Source: a virus (taxonomy: Duplodnaviria > Caudoviricetes). From it: a stretch of 26,142 nt of DNA. Below, in pieces: positions 1-9,567 of the stretch. Below the pieces are notes generated by a model. It was not told the origin of the DNA and ran no database searches. It was given only the letters and a program-made list of their open reading frames with translations. Both the position numbers and the translations under genes were made by a program. The DNA is taken from positions 1 through 26,142 of the IMG/VR virus record IMGVR_UViG_3300035148_000147. The stretch is one strand, 5' to 3'. Within the stretch, counting starts at the first letter, position 1. The number at the start of each line of letters is the position of its first letter.

Positions 1-1
1 C

Positions 2-286
2 TTCCTCGAAGACGTTCGTGGCGGCATCGACGGCCTTGCCGTACCCCTTGGCCACACCTCTCCCAACAGCTCGGGCGGCATCGCCGAGCATGGTCGTCTC
101 GAATTGTTGGGGGTTGGGAATGGTCGGCGCAGTCTGACGCTTCACCTCGGCGTCGAGCACCTTGGACACGAACTTGGTCGGCTTGGCCGGCTTCTTCTCG
201 CCCTTGGGTTTCACCGGTTCCAGGTTGTCGTCCAGCTCATCGGTCCCGAAGTACTGCGCCAGCTCGGGGATCAGCTTGATCGGCAT
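2..286 (-). CDS. Partial CDS (runs off the left edge); probable internal virion / DNA ejection protein
   Basis: ATG at 286, 3 nt after the stop of 290..1063. Open to the edge (MPIKLIPELAQYFGTDELDD...DAARAVGRGVAKGYGKAVDAATNVFEE) with mostly G/C-ending codons. Follows other ejection-type genes. Confidence 0.6.
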   Translation of the reverse strand, partial: MPIKLIPELAQYFGTDELDDNLEPVKPKGEKKPAKPTKFVSKVLDAEVKRQTAPTIPNPQQFETTMLGDAARAVGRGVAKGYGKAVDAATNVFEE

Positions 287-289
287 GGG

Positions 290-1063
290 TTAGCCCCCGG
301 TCTCCTCGTCCTGCGCGGCCGCTGCCGCCGCTTCCTCGTCCCTGAGCATATCGGAGAAGACGCGGTTCTTGTACTCCTGCTCGGGCGTGTACGGCGTCGA
401 GGGCAGGCCGTACATCCGTTCGAGGAGCCGGCGATAGTTGCCCACGTCGACCAATCCGCCGCCCTTGCGGAGCACGTCGCCGGCCGTGTCGAACTCGTTG
501 AGCGCGGCCTTGGGATCGGTGTGCTTGCGCTTGAGGTAGCCGAGGTAGTTCTGCACCGCGAGATCGGACTTGCGGCGTTCCTCGCGCAGAGCTGCCGCCG
601 CCGAGGGCGGCCGGTTGGCGCGAGTCGCGGCGGCCCGTGCCGCGATCAGTCGCTTCTGCTGCTCTTCCTCTTCCTTGGTGAGCAGGCTCGGCGTGCGCTT
701 CGGCTCGGGCTTGAGGTAGTTCGCCACGGCGGTGTCGGGGAGATCCTCACCACCGGACGACAGGATGTACGACGCCCGTGCCTTGTGGAAGCCGGCCATC
801 GGATCGTTGGGATCGAGCTGGCCCTCGGAGACGGCCTGCGCCCACTTGATGCGCTGCTCCCGCGCCCTGACCTTGAGATCGCGCTCGGCCACGCGAGCGT
901 CCCGCTCTTCCTTGAGGGAGTCGGCGTTCTGCTTCGCGATGTCGGTTTGCAGCTTCCGGTAGTTGACCTGTTCGTTGAGCTGGGCCCGTTCGAGGTCGTT
1001 CTTGATCTGCTGTTGCAGCACGTCGTTCACGCCGGCTGCCGCACCGCCCCAGTTGAAGGCCAT
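290..1063 (-). CDS. Probable internal virion / ejection protein (257 aa, helical)
   Basis: SD AAGGAG before the ATG. N-terminus MAFNWGGAAAG then a Q/E/R/K-rich coiled coil. Podovirus ejection-gene position. Confidence 0.6.
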   Translation of the reverse strand: MAFNWGGAAAGVNDVLQQQIKNDLERAQLNEQVNYRKLQTDIAKQNADSLKEERDARVAERDLKVRAREQRIKWAQAVSEGQLDPNDPMAGFHKARASYILSSGGEDLPDTAVANYLKPEPKRTPSLLTKEEEEQQKRLIAARAAATRANRPPSAAAALREERRKSDLAVQNYLGYLKRKHTDPKAALNEFDTAGDVLRKGGGLVDVGNYRRLLERMYGLPSTPYTPEQEYKNRVFSDMLRDEEAAAAAAQDEETGG

Positions 1064-1074
1064 GTCGTGTCTCC

Positions 1075-1704
1075 TTAGAAGCCGCTATCGAACCCGCCGC
1101 CACCACCAGAGCTGGAGCCGCCACCGCCGCCCCCGAGGTTCAGGCCGCCAAGGATCGAGCCGGCGATAGGCGCGAACGTGCCGACGCCACCGAGGATCTT
1201 CTCCAGCCACCCGGCCTTGCTCTGCTGAGGAGCCGTGGGCATCTGGATCTTCTCGAACTGCGGCCCCTGCTGGAGGGCCTGCATCTGCTTCTGCGCCATG
1301 ATCGCCGCCGCGAGCTTGGCGTCCTGCCCGAGCGCCGACGGCCTGATCCCGCCGCTGACCTTCCAGTTGCCCGGTCCCCCGAGCGACAGGTCGCCGATGT
1401 TCTGGAGCAGGCTGGCGCGAGCGATGTTCGCCGTCTGCATCCCCGGCAGTTGCGCGGCGAACTTCTGCCGGGCCATGTCGAGCTGGCCGAGGCCGAGGGC
1501 CCCCTGTACCTGCGAGTCGTAGATGCGAGCGTTGGCCTGATCCTGCGCGAGCCGGCCGGCCTGCGAGCCGGCGGCCGCACCACCGGCCTGGCTACCGATC
1601 TTGTCGAGGAGAGACGTGGCCGGCATGGCCATGAGAGAGGCACCGCCCGTGAACGGCGCGGCGGCCGCGAGACCAACCTTGGCGAGGGAAGAGAGCCAGC
1701 CCAT
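1075..1704 (-). CDS. Probable DNA ejection / pilot protein (209 aa)
   Basis: SD AAGGAG. Gly/Ala-rich hydrophobic ends (MGWLSSLAKVGLAAAAPFTGG; GWLEKILGGVGTFAPIAGSILGG), typical of small podovirus ejection proteins. Confidence 0.6.
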   Translation of the reverse strand: MGWLSSLAKVGLAAAAPFTGGASLMAMPATSLLDKIGSQAGGAAAGSQAGRLAQDQANARIYDSQVQGALGLGQLDMARQKFAAQLPGMQTANIARASLLQNIGDLSLGGPGNWKVSGGIRPSALGQDAKLAAAIMAQKQMQALQQGPQFEKIQMPTAPQQSKAGWLEKILGGVGTFAPIAGSILGGLNLGGGGGGSSSGGGGGFDSGF

Positions 1705-1705
1705 G

Positions 1706-1734
1706 AGTGTACTCCTTTTCTGTCAGTCTGTCAA
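1706..1734 (-). promoter_or_regulatory. Candidate sigma70 promoter TTGACA-N17-TACACT
   Basis: Minus strand reads TTGACA gactgacagaaaaggag TACACT c ATG. Perfect -35, 17-nt spacer, TAnnnT -10; overlaps the SD of 1075..1704. Confidence 0.45.
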
Positions 1735-2892
1735 CTAGAAGCCGCCACCGTAGAGGCCGGACATCAGGTTGTTCACCATGTTCGCGTTCTGGATCGCCTC
1801 GAACTGCGCCTGCGTCATGCCGAGGTTGTCGTAGAACTGGCTGTTCGCCATCGTGAGACCCATGCGGCGAGTGGCGTCGTCGATCTGCGCCAGCTCCATC
1901 TGGAGCTTCCGCTGCATCTCGTTGTCGAGCAGGCCCGAGCCGAGCTGGAGCGCCTGCATGATCTGCGCTCGGCGCTCTTTCATCTTGTCGTTGACGAGGC
2001 CTGCCTCGAAGCCGGCCTGCGCGTTGCCGAAGTCAGTGAACGTGCGCTGCACGTCGGTGTCGAAGCCGCCGGCCCCGAGCGTGCCGTCCTGCGCGGCCTG
2101 CTCGGCCATCTGCGCCTGCGCCATGTTCCGGGCTCGCTGGAGCGCGGCATCGTGCGTCTGCGCCACGGGCGCGATGTCCTGATCCCGCACCGAGACGTTG
2201 CTGGGGTCCATGTTCAGGAACTCGCGGAGCTTGTTGCTCACGTCGCCCCCAAACTGGCTCCACCAGTTGCCGGCCGCACCACCGCCACCCGTGCCGCCAG
2301 CGCCACCGATAGGCGCACCGCCGACTCCCGTGCCCCCGTCCTGCGGGATCACGTTGCCGTACTGGTCGAGCACCGGGATCCACTGCCACGCCGTCGTCAC
2401 GTCCGGCCCGTACTGGCCGCTGGCCGTCGTCGAGAAGGCCTGCCCCACGTCGATGGTCCCCACGCCGGGGATCATCAGCTTGTCCTTCCCGTCGTAGGTC
2501 GCGCCGGGGAACGCCTTCTTGATGTCCTCGTAGGCCTTGGTGAGGCCGCCGACGTTCGCCGGGTAGTTCGAGAGGATCTTGCCCACGGCGTACTTGGGGC
2601 TCATGTAGTTGGGGTCCGACCACTTGGTCTGGTCCCAGCCGGCCGGCGTCGTGGGGTTGTACTGGTCGGGGAACCAGGAAGGCGCGGCGTAGCCGTCGGT
2701 GTCCCAGTTCGAGCCGGCCGGACGCTGCCACTGCGTCGACGTGGGCGTCGTCGTCGTCCCCGGCGGCTGGTAGGCGTCCGTCACCGGCTGCCCCGGCGAC
2801 GAGTACTGACTCTGCGTCTGCGTGCGGATCGCACCAGCCAGCGGGTCAGCATAGGGGTCAGGACCGTACGGATCGACGCGAGCGATGGCCAT
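1735..2892 (-). CDS. Probable internal virion / ejection protein (385 aa)
   Basis: SD AAGGAG. P/T-rich N-terminus, Gly-rich linker, Q/A/M-rich helical C-terminus. Directly follows the tail fibre gene. Confidence 0.55.
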   Translation of the reverse strand: MAIARVDPYGPDPYADPLAGAIRTQTQSQYSSPGQPVTDAYQPPGTTTTPTSTQWQRPAGSNWDTDGYAAPSWFPDQYNPTTPAGWDQTKWSDPNYMSPKYAVGKILSNYPANVGGLTKAYEDIKKAFPGATYDGKDKLMIPGVGTIDVGQAFSTTASGQYGPDVTTAWQWIPVLDQYGNVIPQDGGTGVGGAPIGGAGGTGGGGAAGNWWSQFGGDVSNKLREFLNMDPSNVSVRDQDIAPVAQTHDAALQRARNMAQAQMAEQAAQDGTLGAGGFDTDVQRTFTDFGNAQAGFEAGLVNDKMKERRAQIMQALQLGSGLLDNEMQRKLQMELAQIDDATRRMGLTMANSQFYDNLGMTQAQFEAIQNANMVNNLMSGLYGGGF

Positions 2893-2901
2893 GGTGTCTC
2901 C

Positions 2902-4581
2902 TTACGAGGGAAGCGTCCAGAAGATGACGTTGTATGCCGACGTGCCCGAAACCGTCCACCCGCTGATCGCAGACCCGATGTTCGTGCTGATCTGCGTCGT
3001 GTCCTTGTAGCCGGCAAACCCGGACGAGGTGGACTCAAGGAACCCGAAGATCTGCGGGTTGGTGGACGCGGCGTTCTGCGAGATCAGGATCCAGAGGTAG
3101 TCTCCAGCCGCCAGTGACTGCCCCCCGCTGACGTTGACTGTCGTCTGCTTCGAGCCCGTCCCGTTGATCACCGCAGAGACATCGGCGTACCCGACGGGCG
3201 TGATGTTCGGCAACGAACCCGCGCCGGCAGGCTGAGAACTCTTACCGATCCCGATCTCGGCGTAGGTGACCGCGCCGGCCATACCCACCGAGACGTTGTA
3301 CGAGACCTTGACCGAGGTTGCGCTGAGAGGGAGCTTGCCCACGCAGCAGGCGTAACACCGAGCGTCAGCAGCGGTCACCACGCCGGCCGATGAGCCCGTC
3401 ATGCCCATGGGCTGCATCCAGTCGTGCGTCGGCGTGCTGGCGGCAGCCCACGTCTGGTCACCGCGCAGGAACGTCGAGCTGCTGGCCGATCCCGAGCCCA
3501 GCCGCGCCGTCGCGATGGTCCCGCTGTTGATGTCGGCGGCCGCGTGGTTGTGGCTCGGCAGATCCCCCGACGAGATCGTGGCGTCCACCCAGTTCGTGCC
3601 GTTGTGCCGCAGGAAGTCGCCGCTCGCGGCCGCCGTGATCGCCACGTCGTTCAGGTCGTCGATGTTCACCGTGCCGAGGTCAATGTCGACCTCAGTGTTG
3701 GGACCATCGAGCGCGACGGAGATCTTCGCGCTGCCAGCGTTGATCTTGCGGAACCGGAGATCGACGCCGCTCTTCGAGTCGTACACGCCGACGCCGGCCG
3801 TGCCGATGTTCGAGGCCGTATTCGCCTCGCCACCGCCGCTACCGGGCAGGCTGGCCCAGTCGACCTTGCGGAGCGCCCCACCGCTCTCTTCCATGAGCAG
3901 GTAGTCGCCGCTCGCGGGGGCGGCCTCGGTGGTGAGGGCGCTGATCTTGAAGTCCTCGGGAGCGCCATCGCTCGCCGTCTTGCGGCCCTTGAGCGTCTGC
4001 TGGGCCATGTCGGCGAGCTTGGCGTTCGTGATGGCGCTGTTGTCCACCGTCCAGACCGTGCCGCCGCTGCTGACCGTGACATCGCCCTTGTCGCCGTCGG
4101 ACACGCCACCAGAGGCCGCCTGCCACGTGCCGTCGTCGCGCAGGAACTTCGTGCCGTCCCGCACGCCCGATCCGAGATCGCCGGGCGGCAAGGGGGTGGA
4201 CTGCGCTGATACCGCACCGGCCGTCCCCTTGAGATACCCGGCGAGCGTACCGAGGGTCGGCACCGTCGAGAAGGCCCACGCGCCCGTCACCGTCTCCGCA
4301 GAGCCGACTCGGGCGAGAATCGAGCCATCGGCGATAGCCGTCTCGGGGATGTCCGTCACGCCAATGCCCGGCCCGTAGAAGGCCTCGGCCGTCACGTTTC
4401 CCTCGGCCGTGATACTTCCCACGGCCAGGGTATCCGCCGTGATGTCGGCGTGCGTCCCGTCTTCGTTGTGCTCGACCTTCCAGTGGGCGATGATGCCGGA
4501 CACAAGGTTGTCCAGCTCGTTCAGGATCGCCTGACCGATCTTCCCATTGAAGAGGTCTCGGAACTTCAGTCCGATGTTCAT
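2902..4581 (-). CDS. Tail fibre protein (559 aa)
   Basis: ATG at 4581 overlaps the upstream stop (ATGA). Fibre motifs EHNEDGTH, GSGVRDGTKFLRDDGTW, DGDKGDVTVSSGGTVWTVD, ARLGSGSASSSTFLRGDQTW. Beta-rich C-terminal domain. Confidence 0.75.
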   Translation of the reverse strand: MNIGLKFRDLFNGKIGQAILNELDNLVSGIIAHWKVEHNEDGTHADITADTLAVGSITAEGNVTAEAFYGPGIGVTDIPETAIADGSILARVGSAETVTGAWAFSTVPTLGTLAGYLKGTAGAVSAQSTPLPPGDLGSGVRDGTKFLRDDGTWQAASGGVSDGDKGDVTVSSGGTVWTVDNSAITNAKLADMAQQTLKGRKTASDGAPEDFKISALTTEAAPASGDYLLMEESGGALRKVDWASLPGSGGGEANTASNIGTAGVGVYDSKSGVDLRFRKINAGSAKISVALDGPNTEVDIDLGTVNIDDLNDVAITAAASGDFLRHNGTNWVDATISSGDLPSHNHAAADINSGTIATARLGSGSASSSTFLRGDQTWAAASTPTHDWMQPMGMTGSSAGVVTAADARCYACCVGKLPLSATSVKVSYNVSVGMAGAVTYAEIGIGKSSQPAGAGSLPNITPVGYADVSAVINGTGSKQTTVNVSGGQSLAAGDYLWILISQNAASTNPQIFGFLESTSSGFAGYKDTTQISTNIGSAISGWTVSGTSAYNVIFWTLPS

Positions 4582-4859
4582 CGTTCGCTCAGCACGAACC
4601 GCAACGTGCGCTTGTCGACCAGACCCGCCGTCGTGGTGATCTTGCACTTCACGTCGTAGGTCTCACCGTGCGTCCCACCGCTCAGCGTGATGCTGGCCGT
4701 CGTGGAGTCGTTGCTCACGGCGTCCTGCGTGATCCCGGTCGGCACCGTCCACACTACTGCGGAGATGGTGTCGCCGGTCGCCAGCCACGCGGCCCAAGAG
4801 ATCGTGTAGGTCAGAACCGCCACCGGGTCTTTCTCGACGATGGCCAAGGGTGCAGCCAT
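4578..4859 (-). CDS. Small phage fibre-adaptor protein (93 aa, Ig-like)
   Basis: KDPxAxLxYxxxWxxWL...SGG...G.TY...C.ITT..G pattern, recalled from small fibre-attachment proteins. SD GGAG. Confidence 0.65.
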   Translation of the reverse strand: MAAPLAIVEKDPVAVLTYTISWAAWLATGDTISAVVWTVPTGITQDAVSNDSTTASITLSGGTHGETYDVKCKITTTAGLVDKRTLRFVLSER

Positions 4860-4860
4860 G

Positions 4861-7161
4861 CTACTCTCCCATCCTGTCAGTCCAAGGATCGACGTTGAAG
4901 GTCCGCTGCTCGCACCCGACGCGATGCGTGCGGTTCTCGGGCTCCACCGGGAAGTACCGTTGCTCGCACTGCACTGGCCACGTGCGAGGAGCCGTCACCA
5001 GCCCCGGCCACCAGATGCCGAGCGTGCGGATCTCGAAGGTGATCAGCGGAGCGTTGGCCGTGATGAACGAGTTCTCGTCGTCGCCGTCGGCCATCACGAA
5101 GACGTTGTACACCTTGCCGTTCGCGTTCAGGTCTCCGTCGACCGTGAACTCGCCCACGTCCCAGCCCGTGATGCCGACCGTGCCTTGGTTCGCCGCGAGG
5201 CTCTTGCTCCCGCCAGCCACCATGCTCGGCGACTTGATGTAGCCGTACTTGTTCGAGCCCGGATACTCTGCCGCCTGCACCAGCAACCAGCGCGGCGTCT
5301 TCGTGAGCATATCCGACGGCAGGGCGATGTCGCGAGGGCTCGATCCGTTGCCGGTGTAGGTGTACGTGCGCCACAGCGAGTTGGTCAACCAGTTCGTGTC
5401 GCGCACGGCCACGTAGCACACGAACTCGATGCTGACGGCGTAGACCGCATCGCCGAGCTGGAACGTGCCAGAACCGACCGCCTGGAGGCCACCGGCCTTG
5501 GCGTAGTCGCCCACCAGTGCGGCTGCCCACTTATTGGACTGGTCGCCCGTGTGCCCCGGCCCTCGAAGCCATTCACTTCCGATGGAGACCGTGCGCGACT
5601 GCCCCTTGGCGATCACCGTCGTAGGCGTGAAGCCAGCCGAGCCCTTGAGCGTCACGTCCCAGTCGTCGAGCCCGGACCAGTAGGGCGCGGCCCCGTAGCA
5701 CACCACGCGCTGAGTGCGATCCTTGACGGCGATCCAGTCGTAGGTCGTGCCCACGGCGTTGCTGTTCGCGTTGCTATCGCGTACCGTGAAGCCCGTGCTG
5801 GTCATGCGGCAGAAGATCGCCCCGGCGTTCGAGGCAGCCACGCCGCCGATCTGCCATGCCGGCATATTCGTGCGAGACGCCGTGCGGCACCAGAACCATG
5901 GGTGGTAGTTCGCCACAGACGTGATGATGATCAGGTCGGGCTCGAAACCGACCGTCACGGCCTGATCTGCGCCCGTGCCCGTGTAGCTGCCATAGGCGAT
6001 GCTCACCGTGTCGTCCACCACCGGAGGATTGTACGTGTCGGTCTCGAAGTAGAGGGCCACACGGGTGAACATCCGGCTCGTCGCCGTATTGTCTTTGCGG
6101 ATCCCGACCTCTACGGTGTCAGTCGGCTGGATCGTCACGGGCATATCCGCGAACCGCCATACGCCGCTACCGATGGTCCCGCTGACGCGAGTCGTCACGC
6201 CGTTGATCTTGATCACGTACTCGCCCGTGTAGGCGGTCGAGCCCGAGAGGATCGCCACCTGAACGAAGCGAGGCGTCCCGTATCCGAGACTCTCCAGCGT
6301 CGGGAGTGTAAACGTCACCTCGTCCAGCGCCGTAGTGGACGTGTACTTTTCTCCAGTCGCATCGCTGTAGTGGTCGATGTAGGCCAGCTCGTCGTTGGCC
6401 GTCGTCACGCCCCAGCCGCTCACAGAGCCCGGAGACGTGGGCGTGATACAACCGACATAGCCCTCGCCGATCCAGTCACCCGTGGCCACTGCCAGCGAGT
6501 CCATGAACCCGTAGCAGTCAGTGGCCGTGGCCCCGGAGAAGCCCGTGTGCGCTCGCGTCGTCAGCCCAAAGTACGAGAACTGCCAGTAGGCCGTGGAGGT
6601 TGTAATGTGGATGCCGGTGTTGGTCGCATACGACGACGCCGTGTAGTAGGCCCACTGCGTTCCGTCCACCCGCACCTCAAGCCATGCGTTAGACTCGTAC
6701 GGCGCACCGCCAACCTGCGCGGCCGTGTTCAGGTGGACGCCGCACTCGATGCGATACCACTGGTGCAGCGAGAGCGTGTTGGTTGACGTGGCTACGATGT
6801 CATAGCTGGAACTGTTGTAGTTCACCAGTAACAGGTGACCCGTACTGTCCAGCCAGATGCCATAGCAGCAGTTCGAGTTCAGGTTCTGTCGAGCCTGCAT
6901 CAGGCAGATCATGCCGTCGCCGTCGCTCGGCAGGGTCTCCAGTTGCAGGTACATTCGCTGGTACAGGTTCTTCGAGCTGTACCCGCTGAGCGGCACACCG
7001 TTGTGGTAACTGTCGCGGTTGGCAAGGCCGGACGGGGGGCCCAGCCAGCAGCATCCCTGCGAGAAGTGAGGATCGCCGACTGGAGACCAACTGATCTCAC
7101 CCGCCCAGTCCGTGTGCGCGGCCAGCTCGTACCCGTTGATCGCTCGGATGTCGACGGCCAT
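4861..7161 (-). CDS. Large fibre / receptor-binding protein (766 aa); lectin-like N-terminus plus YTGxG repeat domains
   Basis: Beta-rich W/Y/T/S/G composition. LHQWYRIE...EVRVDG suggests a ConA/LamG-like domain. YTGTGADQAVTVGFEPDLIII and YTGNGSSPRDI repeats. C-terminal R..V..E.R repeats. Confidence 0.6.
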   Translation of the reverse strand: MAVDIRAINGYELAAHTDWAGEISWSPVGDPHFSQGCCWLGPPSGLANRDSYHNGVPLSGYSSKNLYQRMYLQLETLPSDGDGMICLMQARQNLNSNCCYGIWLDSTGHLLLVNYNSSSYDIVATSTNTLSLHQWYRIECGVHLNTAAQVGGAPYESNAWLEVRVDGTQWAYYTASSYATNTGIHITTSTAYWQFSYFGLTTRAHTGFSGATATDCYGFMDSLAVATGDWIGEGYVGCITPTSPGSVSGWGVTTANDELAYIDHYSDATGEKYTSTTALDEVTFTLPTLESLGYGTPRFVQVAILSGSTAYTGEYVIKINGVTTRVSGTIGSGVWRFADMPVTIQPTDTVEVGIRKDNTATSRMFTRVALYFETDTYNPPVVDDTVSIAYGSYTGTGADQAVTVGFEPDLIIITSVANYHPWFWCRTASRTNMPAWQIGGVAASNAGAIFCRMTSTGFTVRDSNANSNAVGTTYDWIAVKDRTQRVVCYGAAPYWSGLDDWDVTLKGSAGFTPTTVIAKGQSRTVSIGSEWLRGPGHTGDQSNKWAAALVGDYAKAGGLQAVGSGTFQLGDAVYAVSIEFVCYVAVRDTNWLTNSLWRTYTYTGNGSSPRDIALPSDMLTKTPRWLLVQAAEYPGSNKYGYIKSPSMVAGGSKSLAANQGTVGITGWDVGEFTVDGDLNANGKVYNVFVMADGDDENSFITANAPLITFEIRTLGIWWPGLVTAPRTWPVQCEQRYFPVEPENRTHRVGCEQRTFNVDPWTDRMGE

Positions 7162-7162
7162 G

Positions 7163-7597
7163 TTAGGTTGCGCTCACGGCTTTGGCCATGCCCGAGGAGT
7201 GCCACACCAGCCGGTAGGTCACGCCGGCCGGATCCTCGTCGAGCACGTCGTAGCAGAAGAGGAGCGGCGACGTGGCGTCGGCCCCGGAGTCGCGGAACAC
7301 CACGGCGAAGCCAACGGTCTGCCCGGCCGCGATGGCCGGCGAGCCCCACTGGAGATCCGCCGAGTCGAGGAACGCCGCATCAGCCGAGTCGTCCTGCGAG
7401 GACGTGGGCGTCGTGACAGTCTTGCGAGCGTAGTTGGTCGAGGTCAGTTCGTGCGACACGATGTCGCTGACGACCGAGTGATCGCGGTCGAAGGCGTAGG
7501 TGTTCTTGACCAGCATCACTTTGAGCGTGCTGCTGCCCCACACCGTCGTGCCGCTGATCAGCTCCTTCAGGCCTCGATTGTAGACACCGCTCGCCAT
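7163..7597 (-). CDS. Minor tail / fibre-associated structural protein (144 aa)
   Basis: TLKVMLVKNTYAFDRDH...ELTSTNYARKT...DSADLQW pattern, recalled from a widespread small phage tail family. TGATG-coupled to the nozzle gene. Confidence 0.6.
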   Translation of the reverse strand: MASGVYNRGLKELISGTTVWGSSTLKVMLVKNTYAFDRDHSVVSDIVSHELTSTNYARKTVTTPTSSQDDSADAAFLDSADLQWGSPAIAAGQTVGFAVVFRDSGADATSPLLFCYDVLDEDPAGVTYRLVWHSSGMAKAVSAT

Positions 7598-9564
7598 CAG
7601 CGTTGCTCCTCAGCCGAGATCTCGACGATGAGCGTGTCGAGCTGCCACGGCCGCGTCGAGAGGTCAATGTCGTAGACGTAGAGCTGGAGCGCCGTGAGCT
7701 GGGAGGGCCCGTGGCGCTCGGCCACAGGATCCTTGGCGTCCACGGTCACCCGCGTCACCAGATCGCTCGACGGCACCGCCAGATGGTACTCGGCGTAGTC
7801 CTGCCCGAAGTCCTTGAGCACGCGCACCCACAGGCACGTCGAGTCAGTCGCGTCCGGCTTGAACACGCCCGACACGCCGCCGATCTTGACCATGCGATCC
7901 CACCCGCCGGGCACGATCACCTTGGTCTTGAAGTAGCTCTGGTAGCCTGCGCCGAGATCGGAGTACGTCCCGTCCTTGTCGCACAGGTAGATCTTGTTGT
8001 TCGTGGCCGACGGCCCGATGTAGGGCTTCAGGTCATACGTCAGCGTGGCCGAGCCCAGCTCCGAGGCGTACATCGTCGAGGAGAGGGCTGCCGCCATCGT
8101 GCCGTCGTAGATCTGCCAGCCGCCGCGCACGCCCTGCTCGGACGAGACGCCGAAGCGGGTGTCGTAGACCAGCAGCGTGTCCGGCGTGTCCGAGCTGCCG
8201 GTCGCCACCCACCACCACACCTGATGCTTCTTGTGGTGGTAGACGCCGTGCGCCACCACCGTGGCAGCATCCAGGTTCACCGTCGCCCACGTGTTCTCGA
8301 TGTCGAGCCCGAGATACTCCAGCCCTCGCGAGGAGATGCGGTAGGGCCCACGCCGGCTGAGGAAGTACATGGCGGGAGCGCCGGCCTCGTCCTCACAGGT
8401 TACGATGCTCTTCGCGTTGATCGCGCCCACCGTCTTGCTGATCACCACTTGGCGGAAGGGCTTGGTCGCCACGCCGGTCTTCACCAGCTTGGCCGTGTGC
8501 ATATTCTTGAAGACGTAGATGGCGTCGAACAGGGGGCCGCCGAGCCCCGTGATCCCACCGCCGACGCCGGGCAGCACGTCGATGTAGTTCTTCCACGTCG
8601 TCGTGTTCGGCACCCGCTCGTCGTCGCCAATGTTGCTGGCCCCGAGCACGGGCGTGAAGAACACCCGCGAGTCGTAGGCCGACTGCTCCCACGAGCCGGC
8701 CATGATCAGCCGTTCCTCGTCGGCCACGATGTGCTTCACCGAGATCGGGTAGTCGTCGTTCCCGTCGTCGGCGAGGATCGTGCCGTTCACGTCGGCCAGC
8801 GTGACGTTGTTGTCGTCGGCCGTGGTCGTCGCCAGGATCGTCTCGGAGAGGTAGTAGTAGACGGTGTAGTTCGTGTCGTCGGCGGCCGCCCACAGCTCCC
8901 AGTGCGTCTCGGAGTCGCCGGGGGCCGTCGGCCGGGTCACGGTGGACTTCTGCGCCGACATCGTAGCCACCGTCGAGGCCGCGCTGGCCGTCGAGCGAGC
9001 CACGATGGTCGAGCCGCTCTTCTGAATGAACGTGACCCGGTACTTGCGCGAGTCCGTCACGGCACCACCGGACTGCGAGTGCGTGGGCGCGGCCGAGGCC
9101 GCCTTGATGCCGACTCGGCGCAGACTGGTCCCGTCCCAGCAGTGCAGCCGGTCCACGGCGTTGTCGCCAGCGATGAAGAGCTTGCCGTTGAAGCTGGCGA
9201 ACTCGATGTGCTGGGCGTTCGACGAGATGAAGTTGTCGGAGGGGGAGATCGAGGCGAAGGTGGTGGAGTTGGCCACCATGCGGCCGATACCCGGCGTGGC
9301 CGAGTTCGTGATGGCCCACAGCTCGGTCGCCGTCTCGGCACCGGGGGTGTGCCGATAGAGCGCGGCGACCTTGCCAGCGGTCATGCTGTAGGTCAGACCC
9401 GCCGGCTCGGCGTGGCCCTGTCGCTTCCGGCAAATGCCGGCCGTGACGGCCTCGACGTTCCGGGCGTCGGTCATCTGGCGCTCGGGGACATCGGTCGGAG
9501 GATCGACCTCGTTGATGCCACTCCGCACGTCGGACAGGACGAGGAGCTTGCGCTTCAACGCCAT
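7597..9564 (-). CDS. Tail nozzle / tail tubular protein B-like (P22 gp10 / T7 gp12 analogue), 655 aa
   Basis: N-terminal GINE..PP......DARNV....G..RKRQG. Beta-propeller-like composition. Directly follows the adaptor gene. Confidence 0.7.
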   Translation of the reverse strand: MALKRKLLVLSDVRSGINEVDPPTDVPERQMTDARNVEAVTAGICRKRQGHAEPAGLTYSMTAGKVAALYRHTPGAETATELWAITNSATPGIGRMVANSTTFASISPSDNFISSNAQHIEFASFNGKLFIAGDNAVDRLHCWDGTSLRRVGIKAASAAPTHSQSGGAVTDSRKYRVTFIQKSGSTIVARSTASAASTVATMSAQKSTVTRPTAPGDSETHWELWAAADDTNYTVYYYLSETILATTTADDNNVTLADVNGTILADDGNDDYPISVKHIVADEERLIMAGSWEQSAYDSRVFFTPVLGASNIGDDERVPNTTTWKNYIDVLPGVGGGITGLGGPLFDAIYVFKNMHTAKLVKTGVATKPFRQVVISKTVGAINAKSIVTCEDEAGAPAMYFLSRRGPYRISSRGLEYLGLDIENTWATVNLDAATVVAHGVYHHKKHQVWWWVATGSSDTPDTLLVYDTRFGVSSEQGVRGGWQIYDGTMAAALSSTMYASELGSATLTYDLKPYIGPSATNNKIYLCDKDGTYSDLGAGYQSYFKTKVIVPGGWDRMVKIGGVSGVFKPDATDSTCLWVRVLKDFGQDYAEYHLAVPSSDLVTRVTVDAKDPVAERHGPSQLTALQLYVYDIDLSTRPWQLDTLIVEISAEEQR

Positions 9565-9567
9565 GGG

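Noticed and set aside
61-150. Possible frameshift in the leftmost partial gene at a C-rich run
   Set aside because: On recount, ATT CCC AAC CCC CAA CAA TTC GAG stays in frame.
2902-7161. Diversity-generating retroelement target in the fibre genes
   Set aside because: No reverse transcriptase and no adenine-variant repeat pair seen in the window.
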